Below are positions 9,843-20,765 of a DNA stretch of 64,000 bases, piece after piece; positions within the stretch are counted from its first letter, which is position 1, and the number at the start of each line of letters is the position of its first letter. Under the pieces are notes generated by a model. It was not told the DNA's origin, ran no database searches, and worked only from the letters and a program-made list of their open reading frames with translations. This stretch comes from Chloropicon primus (Eukaryota). The stretch covers positions 620,001-684,000 of the forward strand of contig CP060764.1 of NCBI GenBank assembly GCA_023205875.1. Direction: 5' to 3'. A program made the translations under genes and the position numbers.

Positions 9843-10973
9843 ATGGTTCTCGTTCTAGCGGTGCACACGGTGGAGGAGGTCTCCGCCCGCATCCCCTTTT
9901 GCATGATGGTGCTGAACGATGTGCTGAGCAGGCAGCAGTCGAGTGTTCCGCCTGGTCTCGACTACCGCTTCCTCGTGCCGACCTCTGGCACGGTTTCCGT
10001 CTCGCTGTGGGATGCGTCGGATGTGGAAACCTTGAAGGTTTGGCTCGACGAGACCCTGAGCGAGTACTGCTCGACGGAGTGCTTCGAGGTGGTGGAGGAG
10101 TTCGCCCAAGGGATCTCTGTGGAGCTCGCGAGGCAGAGGACCGCCCAGAGCGTGAGCCAGAAGACCGGCGCCGCTGCCGCGAGTGTGGGAGAGAAGGCCC
10201 AGGAAGCCCTGAGCGCGACCGCGGCCAAGGCCAAGGAAGCTGGACAGAAAGTCGGGCAGAAGTTCGATGAGATCGACCAAAAGCTGAAGATCAAGGAGAA
10301 GACGACCAAGGTTGGGTCCACGGTGGGCACCACTACACGGAACGTCGTGGGTAAGGCCGGTAACCTGGCGTTGCAGACCAAAGACCGAGCGATGCAGAAC
10401 AAAGTTGTTGCGAGTAGCGTGATGCAGATAGGCTCCGGGGTGAAAGTGGGCATGAAAGCCGCTGGAAGTGGCCTGAGCTTCTTGACCAAGAAGCTCGGTG
10501 AGCTCGGCGACACGGTCATCAAGAGCGTCCAAGAACTGGACGCCGAGGAGAAGCAGGAGAGGGAGCAAGAGGCGAGCGATGAGATGCTCAAGCAAGCTCT
10601 GGAGGAGGAGGAGCCCCAGGAGGCTGAGAAGAAGCCGGAGGAATACTTTGCGGGATTTGACGATGACGGCGAAGAAGCAAAGGAGCCGGAGCAGCCTGCG
10701 CAGGAACCTGAACCTCAGAAAGACCAGGAGGAGCCCGAAAGGGAGGAGGTGCGGGAGGAACCCGAAAGGGAGGAGGTGCAGGAGGAGCCCGAAAAGGAAG
10801 AGGTGCAGGAGGAGCCCGAAAAGGAGGAGGAGAAAGTTGTTGTGAAGGACGAGAGGGAGGCGAAGAAGGAAGCGATGATGGAGGCGATGATGCAAGCCAT
10901 AAAGGACGACTCACCCAAGACCGAAGATCCCCAGCCAACATCAACAACAGAGACACCCCAAGAGGAGTCGTAA
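9843..10973 (+). CDS. Hypothetical protein: small globular N-terminal domain, amphipathic K/A-rich middle and acidic repeat tail
   Basis: 376 aa ATG-initiated ORF with coding bias. No family recognised. Confidence 0.75.
   Translation: MVLVLAVHTVEEVSARIPFCMMVLNDVLSRQQSSVPPGLDYRFLVPTSGTVSVSLWDASDVETLKVWLDETLSEYCSTECFEVVEEFAQGISVELARQRTAQSVSQKTGAAAASVGEKAQEALSATAAKAKEAGQKVGQKFDEIDQKLKIKEKTTKVGSTVGTTTRNVVGKAGNLALQTKDRAMQNKVVASSVMQIGSGVKVGMKAAGSGLSFLTKKLGELGDTVIKSVQELDAEEKQEREQEASDEMLKQALEEEEPQEAEKKPEEYFAGFDDDGEEAKEPEQPAQEPEPQKDQEEPEREEVREEPEREEVQEEPEKEEVQEEPEKEEEKVVVKDEREAKKEAMMEAMMQAIKDDSPKTEDPQPTSTTETPQEES
10731..10830 (+). repeat. 27-bp coding tandem repeat (EPE(R/K)EEV(R/Q)E, about 3.7 copies)
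   Basis: GAGCCCGAAAGGGAGGAGGTGCAGGAG-like units are visible directly in the sequence. Confidence 0.85.
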
Positions 10974-11202
10974 CCACCCTACTATTCCTGTTTTCCCCCT
11001 TGTTTTATGTATTATTTATTCTCACGATTGTCCCCTTCATGTTCATGTCTTCTCGCCTTTGTCCTTCTTGTCCTTCTTAGTCCTTTCTCGGCTTTTGGTC
11101 CTCCTTTCCCTGTACGACGTTTTGGCCGTTGAAGGCCCAAGGCCAAGATCCTCCCAGGCGTCCTGGTCAGGAGACCACTCGACACCTCTCAAGGTCGTCA
11201 CG

Positions 11203-12396
11203 ATGGAGAAGGCGCTTCCTTACTTGTCATCGACACCACCGAACAGCACGGGAAGCAAGGCGAGCATGACGCCGCCGAGCTCCTCAAGATTGTCTCCACA
11301 GACCTCGCAGTTCAATCGTTTGATGGATTTGGTGACGGAGCACGAGGCTCACTACCGGGACAATGATGTAAAGATAGCGGAGCTCTCGAGGAAACTGGCG
11401 GCCTTGGGAGATAAGCAAGTCTCGGGGGGCGATGGATCTGACTACGCATCGGTCTCGTGCAAGTCTGGCGGGCTGGCTGAGCTCAAGGAGGACATAGCGT
11501 CCCTCAAGGCGGCCATCCAGCACATGAACAAGTCTGTCGTTTTGCTTGCTCAAGAGAACGAGGTGACCCGGAAACGGCAAGCAAGCTTCGTGGAGGAGGT
11601 TGGCAGGCAGATTGCGGAGAGTCAGAGGGATGTTGACCACTGCTTGCGGGAGGTGAAGGACATCAGGGAGACCTCGAAGTCGACCTACAAGCACCTGAAG
11701 CACCAGTGCAAGTCTTACATCTTGGAGAACTTGAATGCGACGGTGGACCAGACAAGAGGTGACCTGGAGGCCTTGGTGAAGGGGGAGATCGCTCGGCTGG
11801 ACGGGAAGTTCCAGGCCAGCAACGACATTCAGAACGAGAAGCAGGTGCACCAGGCGGACCTCCTGCAGCAGAAGCTGGACTTGATGAACAGCGAGAGTAC
11901 CGACATCAAGATGAGGGTGGAGCAGATCTTGAAGGCACAGGAGACCCAGTCTGACGCTTCGAAGGAGATCGACAGGAAGCTCGAGAGGCTCTCCGGGGAG
12001 GTGGAGGAGGCCAAGGCGTCCATTGGCAGGCTTTCCGACGAGAGCGAGTCCACGAGCAGGCACCTGTCCGCCACCCGCAACGACCTCATCAACACGCAAA
12101 AGCATTTGATCGACAGGACGAAGGACTTGAAGCACCTTTTGAAGAAAGTCAGCTACCTCGTGCACGCCCGCACCAGGTCAGACGACGCCGATGCAGAGAA
12201 CGTCTCTTCCACTGCCCTGAATTCAGCCAAGCTGTACAACTCTTGGCGGTCCACGATTTTCGCGTACTCTCCCAAGGCGAACAAAGAGAACGAGAGCATA
12301 CTGGAGTTCGACAACTTTGCGAGAAAGCTGAAGCAAAGGCTGCGAGAGTCTGAAAGGGAGATGAAGGGGCTCGACCACCGCCCAAGCGCTGTTTGA
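11203..12396 (+). CDS. Coiled-coil protein of unknown function
   Basis: Long heptad-rich ORF. First in-frame ATG at 11203. Confidence 0.7.
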   Translation: MEKALPYLSSTPPNSTGSKASMTPPSSSRLSPQTSQFNRLMDLVTEHEAHYRDNDVKIAELSRKLAALGDKQVSGGDGSDYASVSCKSGGLAELKEDIASLKAAIQHMNKSVVLLAQENEVTRKRQASFVEEVGRQIAESQRDVDHCLREVKDIRETSKSTYKHLKHQCKSYILENLNATVDQTRGDLEALVKGEIARLDGKFQASNDIQNEKQVHQADLLQQKLDLMNSESTDIKMRVEQILKAQETQSDASKEIDRKLERLSGEVEEAKASIGRLSDESESTSRHLSATRNDLINTQKHLIDRTKDLKHLLKKVSYLVHARTRSDDADAENVSSTALNSAKLYNSWRSTIFAYSPKANKENESILEFDNFARKLKQRLRESEREMKGLDHRPSAV

Positions 12397-12520
12397 ACTT
12401 GTCTAAAATAATGTGGGGCCTTAAGTTAATAGTGTACAAATCTTTTGCTGTTGAAGAAAAGCTCCCCACGAGTTTCGAGAATACATATATCGAGGCAGGA
12501 CCAGCCCAGCGCGCGTCGAC

Positions 12521-13513
12521 TCAGCAGCACTTTCTCACTCTTTTCTTCTCCTTGGTCGCCTTGATGACGCCCACCGGCGGTTCGCTGGCGCTGGTGCCAG
12601 TTGGCTTCTCCCTCTCTAACCTGTTCTTGACGTGCCTGCTGATATGGACGAACGCGTCTTCTACATAGCTCCCAGTCTTCGCGCTCGTCTCGAAGAATTG
12701 AATACCGAACTCCTGAGCCAAGGCCTCCCCCATGCTCGTAGAGATGGCCCTCTTCGCCGAGTCACTCTTGTTTCCTATCAGTATCTTGTTCACGTTCGGC
12801 GCGGCGTTCTGCTCAATGTTCTTCATCCAGTTCCTCACGTTCTCGAAGCTCTTCTCGTCCGTGGTGTCGTACACGAGCATGATCCCCATGGCCCCCCTGT
12901 AGTAAGCCTTGGTTATGGTTCGGAAACGCTCCTGGCCCGCGGTGTCCCATATCTGCAACTTGCAGCACTTCTCGTCGATCATCACCTTCTTTATCTTAAA
13001 GTCGATCCTGTGGAGGCAGAGAGAGACCCAGAAGAGAGACACAGAGAAAGGACCGAAACACCACGTCGGTTTGGTCAAGGTCAGCGGTCGGCGTCCAGCA
13101 AGTCCCTCGCGCTTCCGGTACTCACCCTATGGTCGAGATAAAGCTCGTGGTGAAGGAGTCCTCCGAGAACCTCAGCAGCAAGCTCGTCTTCCCGACGCCT
13201 GTGGCCATGCACGTGTACGTGTACGTTCGTGTGTGTGTGTGTGTGTGCGCGCGCGCGCGTGTGTGTGCGTCAAAGAGAACACAAGGAGGAGCGTCAGAAA
13301 GTCAGAAAGAAAGAAACCGGAACTCCTGCGGACTCGTGCCCTGTCCAGGTCGCGTGGGCAGAACACGTCGTCGTGAAAGGGAAAGGGAAAGGGAAAAGGG
13401 GAAAGGTTTTTTTAGGAAGGAGAAGGAGAAGGAGAAGGAGCAAAGCACCGACCTGAGTCCCCAATGACCAAAAGCTTTATGACGTGGTCATAATCTTGCC
13501 TCTGTCGAGCCAT
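12521..13513 (-). CDS. Rab GTPase, RabE/Rab8/Sec4 group; exons 13513-13453, 13198-13126, 13007-12521
   Basis: Spliced protein reads [51 protein letters not shown]...[13 protein letters not shown]...NKSD...ETSAK...KCC. Both GT-AG introns keep the frame. Confidence 0.95.
13208..13270. repeat. Alternating purine-pyrimidine tract (TG)n(CG)n(TG)n in Rab intron 1
   Basis: Contains gtgtgtgtgtgtgtgtgcgcgcgcgcgcgtgtgtgtgcgt. Confidence 0.85.
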
Positions 13514-13908
13514 GGTTACGATGACGATGACGATGACTCGCCTTGGCTCCACTCCTCAGTGAGCAGCTCGGCGCTTTCCGTTGGTGGGTCGGGATAAAGG
13601 TGTAAAGGTGTACAGCAAATCTTGACCCTTCGATTTGCGGCGGAGGGCGGGGGGCAAGATTATACGAGAGGGCGGCGAGCGCTACAGAGTGGAGGACCTT
13701 TGTACCTTATTTTCTTCGCTTTGTGGAGGAGGAAGAGGAGGGAGACCAGAGACACACGAAGGAGAACGTGTTCTTCTTTACAAAGAGCCCTCGCACGGAA
13801 GAAACGACGGGCTGGGGAGGTTTTGACGACGACTGGGCCTTGGCACGGGAAGACTGGACTGGGCACGGACGACTGGACTGGGCACGAGGTGTGAGGGAGT
13901 GAGAAGCG

Positions 13909-14721
13909 ATGGCGAGTGGACCAGTGGATCATGGCAGGGAGCCTTGCCCGCATAGAATATTGGACGACTGCGGGAGCGCGTTTGGAATGGGTGCGGTGGG
14001 AGGAGGGGTCTGGTACCTGGTTAAGGGGTTGAAGAACTCGCCGCCGGGGGCGAGGGTGAAGGGAGCGCTGGAGGCGGTGAGGAGGGAGAGTCCGCGGCTA
14101 GGAGGGAGCTTCGCTGTGTGGGGAGGGCTTTTCTCGACCTTTGACTGCATACTCGTAGGAATAAGGAAGAAGGAAGACCCGTGGAACTCCATCGCGGCAG
14201 GAGCGCTCACGGGAGGGGTGCTCGCGGTGAGGCGGGGGCCGAACGAGGTCCTGGTGAGCGGAGCCTTCGGAGGGATGATCCTCGCCATGATTGAGGGGCT
14301 GGGGATCCTGATCACGAGGTTGTCCGCCCCGACGCCTCTGACCATCGGCGACCAGGTCTACTCCCTGCCTCCACCGGGGGGCGAGCAGCCGGGGCAGCCG
14401 GGACCGCAGGCGGCGGGAGGGGCGCCCGAGGCGATGCAGGCGCCGCAGGGAGAGGTACAGATTTTGGACGCCACGGGGGGCATCGAGGACGCTCCGAGCA
14501 CGAGCAACGCGACCGCCAGCAGCGGCGGGGGCGGAGGCTGGTGGCCGTTCGGAGGCAAGAGCGAGAAGCCGTCCGCGACGGCCGGAAGCCCGCTGGAGAC
14601 CGTGAACTCGCCCCTGGAGAAGAGCGTGATCGACGCGAGGGACACGTACAGAGCCGCTGCTTCCCTCTTCCCCCTCATTTGCCAAAACCTGTTGCAGCAG
14701 GAAGAGGAAGACAAAGACTGA
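13909..14721 (+). CDS. TIM17: Mitochondrial inner-membrane translocase subunit Tim17 with a C-terminal extension
   Basis: Motifs [22 protein letters not shown] and [34 protein letters not shown]. Confidence 0.93.
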   Translation: MASGPVDHGREPCPHRILDDCGSAFGMGAVGGGVWYLVKGLKNSPPGARVKGALEAVRRESPRLGGSFAVWGGLFSTFDCILVGIRKKEDPWNSIAAGALTGGVLAVRRGPNEVLVSGAFGGMILAMIEGLGILITRLSAPTPLTIGDQVYSLPPPGGEQPGQPGPQAAGGAPEAMQAPQGEVQILDATGGIEDAPSTSNATASSGGGGGWWPFGGKSEKPSATAGSPLETVNSPLEKSVIDARDTYRAAASLFPLICQNLLQQEEEDKD

Positions 14722-14879
14722 AAAGAATAACACACAGAATAAACGCTCCGGAACGACACAACGGTGAACTTTTTTTGTACTTTACTCTGATCATTTTTGT
14801 TGGACACGGGAGGTCCCCCAACGCCTCGGCGCGGCGACTGCGTCTCGTCTTTTCTCTCGTACATACACATATTTTTCTT

Positions 14880-15806
14880 TTACAACTCTTTTATCATGAG
14901 GAGCTTCCTCTCCGTCCCAGTTTGACCCTTTTCAGCCTGCCTCTTCCACTTGGGGTCCACCCAGGTCGTGACCACGCGGTACCCCAGCTTCTCGTACAGG
15001 CTGATGGCAGGCCTGTTGTTGCGGTACACGAAGAGGCCCGTGCCGTTCACTCCCCGGGCACGGGCCTCGTTCTCGACCCACTCCATCACGGAGGTGGCGA
15101 CGCCTCGCTTGCGGTATTCCAGGCACACGCCAAAGTTCCAAAGGTACAGGAGCGAAAGAGAGTCCCCAGGCACCCCGAACTCGCCCCCGCCCAGCATCTC
15201 CGTCCACTCCTTCTCTCGAAAGAAGACGCCACAGTTTGCCTCCGTCAGGACTCTGGCAGCGAGGCCGGCAACGAGACCACCCGAATTTTTCTCCTCGCTC
15301 AGCGCAATGGCGCAGAAGCTGTCCTCCTCGGACACAGCGGTCGTCGCCGAGTTCAGCATCGTGCAAAAGTAAGCGAACTCCTGCAAAGGTTCCCGCCGAG
15401 AAGAAGAAGAAGAAGAAGAAGAAGAAGAAAGTCAGATGGGGAATCCGTTGTGTTCGACACCTCCTTGACCTACGTTGAGCCGCCTAGCGAGGGACGGCGA
15501 GTCCGTGAGCCCGTAGTAATACTCGAGGAACACCGTGGTCCACAAATCAGCCACCGGAACCACCTTCCCATACCCAGCCTTCTTTATCACAAGCCTCGCG
15601 TATTTCTCCTCTGCAGCAACATCATCCAAAGCGGTCTGCGTGACGCGCTCGCTCGCGGCGTGCACACCCGCGTACCTCGGTGCGCCGGCGTACGACGACG
15701 AGCAGGACGAAGTCGGAGGACTTGGCCGGGGCTGAGGGCGCCGGCGGGCGCCGGCGGGCGGCGAGGCGCGCTGTCCCGCGAGTCCTCGACTGACGACGAC
15801 CGCCAT
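14880..15806 (-). CDS. GNAT-family N-acetyltransferase, probably plastid-targeted; exons 15806-15474 and 15380-14880
   Basis: Acetyl-CoA motif V..EYRKRGVAT and NRPAISLYEKLGY. Phase-0 intron GTAGGT...CTGAC...(CTT)n...TTGCAG joins two ORFs. Confidence 0.85.
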
Positions 15807-16021
15807 GGCTCGCCAAATTAACAAGATCTGGTTCCACAAGATGAGATCGTCCTATCGTCCAGGAGGGGATATGGATGATGCTAGATGGGCAAGGGCAAGA
15901 GGTGTTGGTGGGTGCACGCGGCGTGGTGACGAGCGCCGTTGGTTCACACTCAATCCTCCTCCTGCTGGATGGGATCTCCTCTTCCTGGTGTACATGCCCG
16001 CGAAATTACAAGACTTTGCGT

Positions 16022-16780
16022 TTAACTGGAAAGCTTCTGCTTTTCTTCCAGGTATCTCTTCGCCTGCCACATGTAGTAGGCGCCGTACGATTGGTAGGGC
16101 TCCCAGGGCCGTGCAATCTCCTCGAGCTGCTCTGGAGTGACTTTCACCTTGCCGTCAAAGTAAAGGAGGGAGCACCCCCTCCTCACGGCGACGTCCCCCG
16201 TTGGCAAGACGTTTTCACTGCCCATGAAGAACATCTGGAACATTTGGACGCTCCACACGCCAAGTCCGCGCACTTTAGTCAGAGCTTCCATGACTTCTTC
16301 CCCCGTCATGCCTTTCAACTTGGCGTCCGACAGCTTCCCGGACTCAAAGTGCTCGGCCAGGTCCTTGACGTACCCCACTTTCCTCCCCGACAGCCCCAGC
16401 TGTCGAAGCTCCTCAAAGTCTCTGGCGAGGACCTCCTTTGGCGTGACCTTCTTCGCGACACCGCACGTGCAGTTCTCCCGGACCCTGCCGAAAATCGTCT
16501 CAGCCGCTTTCATCGACAGCTGCTGGGACACGATGCTCCTCACGAGCGTAGTGAAGGCGTCCATACGAGGCTTCTCCAGAAGCCTCGTCGGCGGACCCAA
16601 CGAAGCTATCATGTCCCTCAATACGTCATCCGAGTCCGAGAGGTGCTTCAGAGGCGAAACATCGGGCGTGGATGTGGACGTCGAATCATGTGCTCGACCC
16701 TTCCCGCTCAACTTCACCCCAGACCCCCTCCTCTTGGCCGCCTTCACCACCCTTACCCCGAGCTTGCTTCTCAAACTCAT
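16022..16780 (-). CDS. DNA-3-methyladenine glycosylase II (AlkA/MAG, HhH-GPD family)
   Basis: Motifs LVRSIVSQQLS, GLSGRK, HhH LTKVRGLGVWS, LPTGD and WEPYQSYGAYYMW. Confidence 0.92.
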   Translation of the reverse strand: MSLRSKLGVRVVKAAKRRGSGVKLSGKGRAHDSTSTSTPDVSPLKHLSDSDDVLRDMIASLGPPTRLLEKPRMDAFTTLVRSIVSQQLSMKAAETIFGRVRENCTCGVAKKVTPKEVLARDFEELRQLGLSGRKVGYVKDLAEHFESGKLSDAKLKGMTGEEVMEALTKVRGLGVWSVQMFQMFFMGSENVLPTGDVAVRRGCSLLYFDGKVKVTPEQLEEIARPWEPYQSYGAYYMWQAKRYLEEKQKLSS

Positions 16781-17371
16781 CCTCGTGATCCCACGTTGTT
16801 GTCGCCTCGCCTCGCCTCGTCACCCAAGCGATGAAGTACCTCTACGGAAAGCTCGCGACAAGTCCTACCGACCTTTCCCCTTGGTAGCCGCACCCGATGC
16901 TCCTCTCTCCGCTCCGCTACGCCCGAGCGAGTCCGAGTCGACGTCGTCGTCGTCGTCGTCGTCGTCGTCCCCCTGAACGATGTTCGTTGGCCGCGGAGTG
17001 CACGCGTCCCAAGGACAAGGAGGAAGGCCAAGGTCAAGGCCAAAGCCAGGAGAGAGCGAGGAGGAAGGGGAGCGCGCCACCGGGAGGGGAGGGAGCAAGA
17101 GGGGAGTGCACCTGACGGAAGGAAGATCTCTTCCTCTTTCGAACGAGCCTTCGAGCGAAACAAGAAGCGCTGTGGTGAGGAGGGGAGGACGACGAAAGAG
17201 GAGCAGGCAAAGGTGTCCCTGGACAGTGGACGCGATAGCAGGAGGTCTGGAGGGGTATGAGTGTTTGTTGAACTCGGCCTTACGAGACAAGCAAATTGGG
17301 ACGAGACTTGCCGGGCAACGACGAGAGCAGCAGCAGCAGCAGTCGCAACAGCACCTTGTAAACGTCAAACG

Positions 17372-19090
17372 ATGGGAAACGATAAAGTGGAGTCCTTGGG
17401 GGAGGTGGAGTCCTCCAAGGCCGCGAACGCGCACTACTTTACCTTCGAGGTGACCAAGGACGGCAAGAGGGATGCTCCGAAGAGCTTCATCAAGCGCACG
17501 GGAGTGGACTGGTTGACCGAGAAGGACAAGGAGGAGAGAAACAGGTGCGAGCCTCCGCCAGCAAACAGGCTCAAGTACTATCAAGACAAGGGCGGGGTCC
17601 TGATATTCTTCGCCGGCTTGGCCGTCTTCGCCACCTTCCTTGCCCTCTCCATCATCGAGGACAAGCCCGGGAAGTACACGTGCCACAGGAGCCCGTGCGA
17701 GCAGACGTTTTCGGACGAGACGTGGACCTTCTACAAGATAAACAAGCAGGACAACATCAAGAATGGGAACCCAAACGAGTGCTGGGGGGTCTTCAACGTC
17801 ACCTCCGAGCTGTGGATGGACGCGGACTACCAGCTGAAGACGGACAGCTTCTATGCCCCGGTGAACTGCACACTTGAGCACACCCTGTACCACGACTTGC
17901 AGTCCATGGGCGGGGTGGGAATCTACGCTGCCGTCTTCGGGGTGGCCATCCTCGTGAGCTTGCTCTTTTACGTCGTGGCCTTGAAGAAGCCAAGCCAGAT
18001 GATTCCCATAGCGCACGGGGTTGGGGTCGTCACTGCCCTGGCCTGCGCCATCACGAGCTTCGTCCTGGGGTCGAGTTGGGCGGTCATCCTGGTCATCATC
18101 CCTTCCATCCACCTCCTGTACATGGGCGGGGTCTACAAGAGGTTCAGGGAGTCCAATGCCATCATGGAGGCCTCGGGGCAGCTCTGCAAGGAGCGGGCGC
18201 TCCTTCCACTCGCTTTCGCGGCCAGCTTGGCGACGTGCTGCTGGATCATGCTCTGGGTCTGGGTGTTCGTCGTCGTTTGCGGGAAGTACACCGTCGGGGG
18301 GGACATATTGATGTTCTTCCTTCTGCTGTGGTTCACTCAGGTCATCAAGTACATCGCGCACACGAGCATCGCAGGCGTAACAGCCATGTGGTACTACGGC
18401 AAGAGGCCCTTCTCGCCCATCAGGAAGGCCCTGAAGCGATCCATGACCACCAGCTTTGGTTCGATTGCCCTCGGAGCTCTGATCGTGGGCATCTCGAGGT
18501 CCTTCGGGATCTGCGCGGCGTACCTGAGGACGTCCGTCAACGTCATTATGCAGATCTTCGGGCTGTGCGTGCTTCTCGTGGACAACGTGCTGGGAACCTT
18601 CAACATCTATGGCTTCTGCTACATTGCGATTTACGGCAAGCCCTACATGATCGCCTCGAGGGAGGCTTTCGAGTTGATGGCCACCTCGGGCTTGAGGGGA
18701 ATTGTCGTGGACGACCTCATCTCCGGCGCGAGCATAGCGATGTCCTTCACGGTGGGGGTGATCTGCTCGGGAGCTGGCTGGGTGCTGACGAGCGTGATAT
18801 CAGATTACGACGGGGACAAGTTGCTGACGGTCTACGTCGTGTCCTTCTTCATCGGCTTTGTCACGGGCGTCATCGTGTTGGACGTTTTCGAGAGCATTGC
18901 GACCACGATCTACACTTGCTTTGCGGAGGAGCCTTACCTTCTGGAAGGGGTGAACTACCCCCTGTATCGGACGCTCATGAACTCGTGGTACAAGAGCCAG
19001 GAGGACAAGCCAGAGTCCGAGAGCGGGGAAACCGAATCGGTCAGCAGCGTCCACAGCAGTGAGCTGGCGCAAAGCGACCCAGAAGTGTAA
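17372..19090 (+). CDS. Choline transporter-like protein (CTL/SLC44/Pns1)
   Basis: Multiple TM segments, TTSFGSIALGALIV, FNIYGFCYIAIYGKPY..ASREAFEL and TIYTCFAEEP. Confidence 0.9.
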   Translation: MGNDKVESLGEVESSKAANAHYFTFEVTKDGKRDAPKSFIKRTGVDWLTEKDKEERNRCEPPPANRLKYYQDKGGVLIFFAGLAVFATFLALSIIEDKPGKYTCHRSPCEQTFSDETWTFYKINKQDNIKNGNPNECWGVFNVTSELWMDADYQLKTDSFYAPVNCTLEHTLYHDLQSMGGVGIYAAVFGVAILVSLLFYVVALKKPSQMIPIAHGVGVVTALACAITSFVLGSSWAVILVIIPSIHLLYMGGVYKRFRESNAIMEASGQLCKERALLPLAFAASLATCCWIMLWVWVFVVVCGKYTVGGDILMFFLLLWFTQVIKYIAHTSIAGVTAMWYYGKRPFSPIRKALKRSMTTSFGSIALGALIVGISRSFGICAAYLRTSVNVIMQIFGLCVLLVDNVLGTFNIYGFCYIAIYGKPYMIASREAFELMATSGLRGIVVDDLISGASIAMSFTVGVICSGAGWVLTSVISDYDGDKLLTVYVVSFFIGFVTGVIVLDVFESIATTIYTCFAEEPYLLEGVNYPLYRTLMNSWYKSQEDKPESESGETESVSSVHSSELAQSDPEV

Positions 19091-19151
19091 ATTTTATACG
19101 AAAACAAAACTAAACCCAAAACGCTGTCTACAAGATTACTGTACACTATCA

Positions 19152-20765
19152 CTAGCCTTCCCCAGCCTTCTTTTTCTTCCTCTGCACGAAGAAGTCCATG
19201 GTTGACATCCCAGTCGCGGGTTTTCTTCCTCTTCCCTTGGGCTTCGAGCTCAAGGTAAGTTGCTCACGGTGCAAGTCCTGAGCTAGGTGGAAGTCTTCGT
19301 GCTCCAACCTCCCCTCGAGCTCCACCCAGCGCGAGCACTTGTCGCAGAACCATTGGCCACCTTGCAGGCCCTCCTCCCCTTCCTTTCTCTTCTCCGCTTT
19401 CGGCAGATCGATCACTTTCTGCCCCCTCTCAACGTGAGCTTCGTGTTCAAATTCTGCCATCCTAACTCCGATAAGTCTCAGGGGCTCTTTGAAGTCCACG
19501 AGCTTCGCGGCGGCCTCCATCATCTCGTCGGCGTTGCACGTGTGCGCGGGTAGCGCCCTGCTCTTCGTCTTGAGAGTGAAGTCCACCTTCTTCATCTTGA
19601 CGGTAATGTGCTTCCCCTTCAAATTCTTCACCGTCATCTGTGAACTGAGGGTCTCCACGATTTCCTTCAGCTGAGACTCGAGGCGAGATCCCCGCAGGGA
19701 CCCAAAGGTGCGCTCGCAGCTTATGCCCTTCCTCCCGGCATCTTGATCGTCTTGGGCCGCCCCAACGGCCTCGCTCGAGCTGATGCCCAACCCAGCTCTG
19801 AGGAAGGACTCAAAGGAAATCTTGGAGAAAAGGGCCAAGATGAGTCCGGCCTCCTTCACGAGGTCGCTCGCGACGTTCATTCCCAGGCCCTTCAGCACCT
19901 TCTCCGTCACTTTACCTATCCCAGGAATCTTTCTGACGGGCAAGTCCGAAACGAACTCGAGGATGGCCTTCCTCTTCCGCTCCAGAATGTATTGGCCATT
20001 GGGCTTGTTCAAGTCGCTGCATATTTTGGCCAGCATCCTGTTCGCGGCCCCTCCTATGGAACACGTCAGGCTCGTCTCCACGAAGACGTCGTCCCTTATC
20101 TTCTCCGCGAGCTCCTCCTCCGTGAGCTTGGCGCCCTCGAGGTACCGCGTCACGTCGAGGTACGCCTCGTCAAGGCCACCCTCGATGAAGTTCTCGTCAT
20201 AGCGAGCCAGAACAGCGCGGACCTCCTCGGCCTTCTTCTTGTACTTTGCGAAGTCAGAGCGCACGAAGGTGAGCTGCGGGCAGAGCTTCAAGGCGATGAA
20301 GCCCGGCATGGCTGACCTGACGCCGAACTTCCTCGCGGCGTAGTTTGCCGTGCTGATCATGGCGTTGCCGCCAACAGCCATGGGCACGCGATCGAGCTCC
20401 GGCCTGTCGAGTACGTGGCAAGCGGCGAAGAAGGCGTCCATGTCGATGTGAAACCACGTGCGACTGAGATCCCTCGAGGCCTCGAGCTCCACTATCGCCC
20501 GCTTGGCCTTGGCCTTGAACCCGTCCAGTTGTCGAGGCAGAAGGCTCCTCGCCTTGCTTTGGAGCTCCGAGAGCCTCTTCGCAGCGGCCTGCTCCTTCCT
20601 CTGCTCGTTCTTGAAGTGCGGCGAGTCCTTCGAGGCCTCGAACACGATCTTCTTGATCCTGTCTCGGTCCACGTCAGCCATCCCGGCCTTCCTGTTGGTG
20701 AAAACGCTCTCATAGCTCCTCCACCCCTCCCCGCCACTGTCCTCCTTCTCCTTGGCGGTGCCCAT
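19152..20765 (-). CDS. POLK: DNA polymerase kappa (Y-family, DinB) with a C-terminal UBZ-like zinc finger
   Basis: N-clasp KAGM, HIDMDAFFA, STANYAARKFGVRSAMPGF, LDEAYLDVT, NKPNGQ, and C-terminal CDKC..HEDFH. Confidence 0.95.
   Translation of the reverse strand: MGTAKEKEDSGGEGWRSYESVFTNRKAGMADVDRDRIKKIVFEASKDSPHFKNEQRKEQAAAKRLSELQSKARSLLPRQLDGFKAKAKRAIVELEASRDLSRTWFHIDMDAFFAACHVLDRPELDRVPMAVGGNAMISTANYAARKFGVRSAMPGFIALKLCPQLTFVRSDFAKYKKKAEEVRAVLARYDENFIEGGLDEAYLDVTRYLEGAKLTEEELAEKIRDDVFVETSLTCSIGGAANRMLAKICSDLNKPNGQYILERKRKAILEFVSDLPVRKIPGIGKVTEKVLKGLGMNVASDLVKEAGLILALFSKISFESFLRAGLGISSSEAVGAAQDDQDAGRKGISCERTFGSLRGSRLESQLKEIVETLSSQMTVKNLKGKHITVKMKKVDFTLKTKSRALPAHTCNADEMMEAAAKLVDFKEPLRLIGVRMAEFEHEAHVERGQKVIDLPKAEKRKEGEEGLQGGQWFCDKCSRWVELEGRLEHEDFHLAQDLHREQLTLSSKPKGRGRKPATGMSTMDFFVQRKKKKAGEG

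Noticed and set aside
14880..16780. AlkA and GNAT tandem genes as a bicistron
   Set aside because: The 215-bp gap leaves room for separate 3' and 5' signals, and the sequence gives no direct support.
16022..20765. AlkA glycosylase and Pol kappa close together as a DNA-repair cluster
   Set aside because: They are separated by an unrelated transporter. Proximity is plausible by chance in a gene-dense genome.
19152..20765. DinB-like polymerase as a sign of a prokaryotic mobile element
   Set aside because: The N-clasp and UBZ finger identify it as ordinary eukaryotic Pol kappa.
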